DNA of 64,000 nucleotides from NCBI GenBank assembly GCA_043228905.1, contig JBHGNT010000008.1:8866001-8930000 (forward strand), read 5' to 3'. The stretch's first letter is position 1. Every line of letters starts with the position of its first letter. This stretch comes from Azolla caroliniana. Lineage: Eukaryota; Plantae; Polypodiophyta. Shown here piece by piece: positions 62,884 to 64,000 of the stretch. Under the pieces are notes generated by a model, which was not told the origin of the DNA, made no database searches, and was given only the letters and a program-made list of their open reading frames with translations. Made by a program: the position numbers and the translations under genes.

Positions 62884-62979
62884 CACTCTTTCCTTCTCTC
62901 GAGAGTTCTACACCTCCCTTAGTACTAATCCTCATCTTTTAGTACTAATTCCTACTCTGTCTTAGTATTGTTCCTGATA
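60534..62979 (+). mobile_element. Chromovirus Ty3/Gypsy 3' part (RNase H, IN, chromodomain, PPT, LTR 62552-62979)
   Basis: ORFs 60589-61143, 61384-61656, 61816-62223 (RLGPF) and 62233-62559 (EYEVVANLDSKIVRNKLYYLIDWLGY..TWEP chromodomain). PPT AAAGGGAAGA before TGTCATG at 62552. Confidence 0.92.
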
Positions 62980-63633
62980 GTCGTCATTGCCGCTTGCTCT
63001 TACTTGTTCGGATGTGCCGACTCCTTCGGTTGGCTCGACTTCCTTTATTTGCCATCTCCCCCCTTGTTTCTTTCTTCCTCTCCGGCTACTTGTACGGTGC
63101 CATCCATTCCAATACCTGTTCTCCCCCTCAAGTGTGGCACATCGAGATGTTGAATGCCGAGCATCTCTGAAAAATGTTGCAACTTGTCCGATCCGAGCGG
63201 CTTGGTGAAGATGTCGGCAACCTGCCGATCTGTGTGATCATACCGAAGTTCAACTTAACCGTTGAGGACCCGCTCATGAACAAAGTGATAATGCACTTCT
63301 ATGTGCTTTGTCTGAGCATGGAATACAGGGTTCTTGGCGAGTTGTATGTTGCTTACATTGTCGCAATAGATCAAGATCAAGGTCGGCACATCGATCTTGA
63401 GGTCTAACAATAGTCACCGAAGCCAGATGGTTTCACAGGTGGCAATGGTAGCGCCCCGGTACTCAGCCTTAGTGCTCGACAGAGCCACTGTTGGCTGCTT
63501 TTTGCTACTCCATACAACAACCGCGCTACCAAGTGAAAACATGTAACCGGAGGTGGATCGGCGATCCAATGCATCACTAGCCTAGTCGGCATCGGTATAC
63601 TCGACCAACTTCCCACCTATACCGTTGTCGCGT

Positions 63634-64000
63634 TGTTACGCGTGTGCGTGGAGAACAAGGCGGGACCACTGGGGTCTTGGACCGAGGAATAGGTGAGAAA
63701 AGGGAGAGAGAGAGAGACGCTCTCACACACGTATAGACAAAGAAGCGCACGGGAACGCGGCCCAACAACACAGGAGACGCGAGTTGAGTAGGGGATAGAG
63801 TATAAGAACACTAGTGTATGTATATAAATATATGTATGCAGACGACTCGAACGGTTACAGCCGATCAGGTCGGTGAGATGGATGCCGACGCTTGATCACC
63901 CACGCACACAGGGGAGCAAGATGGAGATTCTACCGGAAGCACACGGGCGTTCCACGGAGCAGAATCAACCTCTCAAGAGCCTGCGCAAAAGAAAGCTATG
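63634..64000. repeat. Possible LTR of another insertion
   Basis: Copia coding sequence stops abruptly at TGTTACG (63634), followed by (GA)n and TATATAAA. No partner in the window. Confidence 0.3.

Larger units (their letters stand above)
55431..63630 (-). mobile_element. 3' part of a different short-LTR Copia (RNase H ~63121-63615, 3' region, ~150-bp 3' LTR 55431-55580), interrupted by chromovirus and Copia insertions
   Basis: Minus strand reads DRRSTSGY..WSSKKQPTVALSSTEAEY..CDN..TKHIEVHYHF..QVADIFTKPL..LRG. PPT-like GAGGTGGAG then TGTTGAG at 55580; ends ...TTTTACA at 55431. Confidence 0.7.

Overview
Eukaryotic nuclear DNA from a land plant; a seed-free lineage such as a fern is my inference, not shown by the sequence. 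One intact host gene, a 14-coding-exon casein kinase 1 (CK1/CKL, ATG 24011, stop 30752, ~468 aa), lies in a ~12 kb island between two blocks of nested, mostly decayed retrotransposons. The left block (1-21 kb) holds the 5' end of a non-chromovirus Ty3/Gypsy, a Ty1/Copia complex (2062-11611, TSD AGTTT) inside an older Copia, a chromovirus, two LINEs and another Gypsy relic. The right block (32.9-64 kb) holds Copia F, which carries Copia E in its LTR and a 14-kb Gypsy H in its gag. H itself carries Copia D. A solo LTR, an RT-deleted Copia, chromovirus pieces and a short-LTR Copia follow. Main findings: (1) Gypsy H has no polypurine tract; a tRNA-Arg 3'-end sequence sits 2 nt from its 3' LTR, opposite in orientation to its normal tRNA-Arg PBS, suggesting both DNA strands may be tRNA-primed. 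H also carries a ~920-codon extra ORF. (2) The 2-11.6 kb Copia complex has the junctions expected of an autointegration (inversion) circle recombined into a chromosomal copy. (3) All three copies of the young Copia family that retain the IN-RT junction share one in-frame TAG there. Coordinates were read by eye and tRNA identities come from recalled plant tRNA sequences; both need checking.
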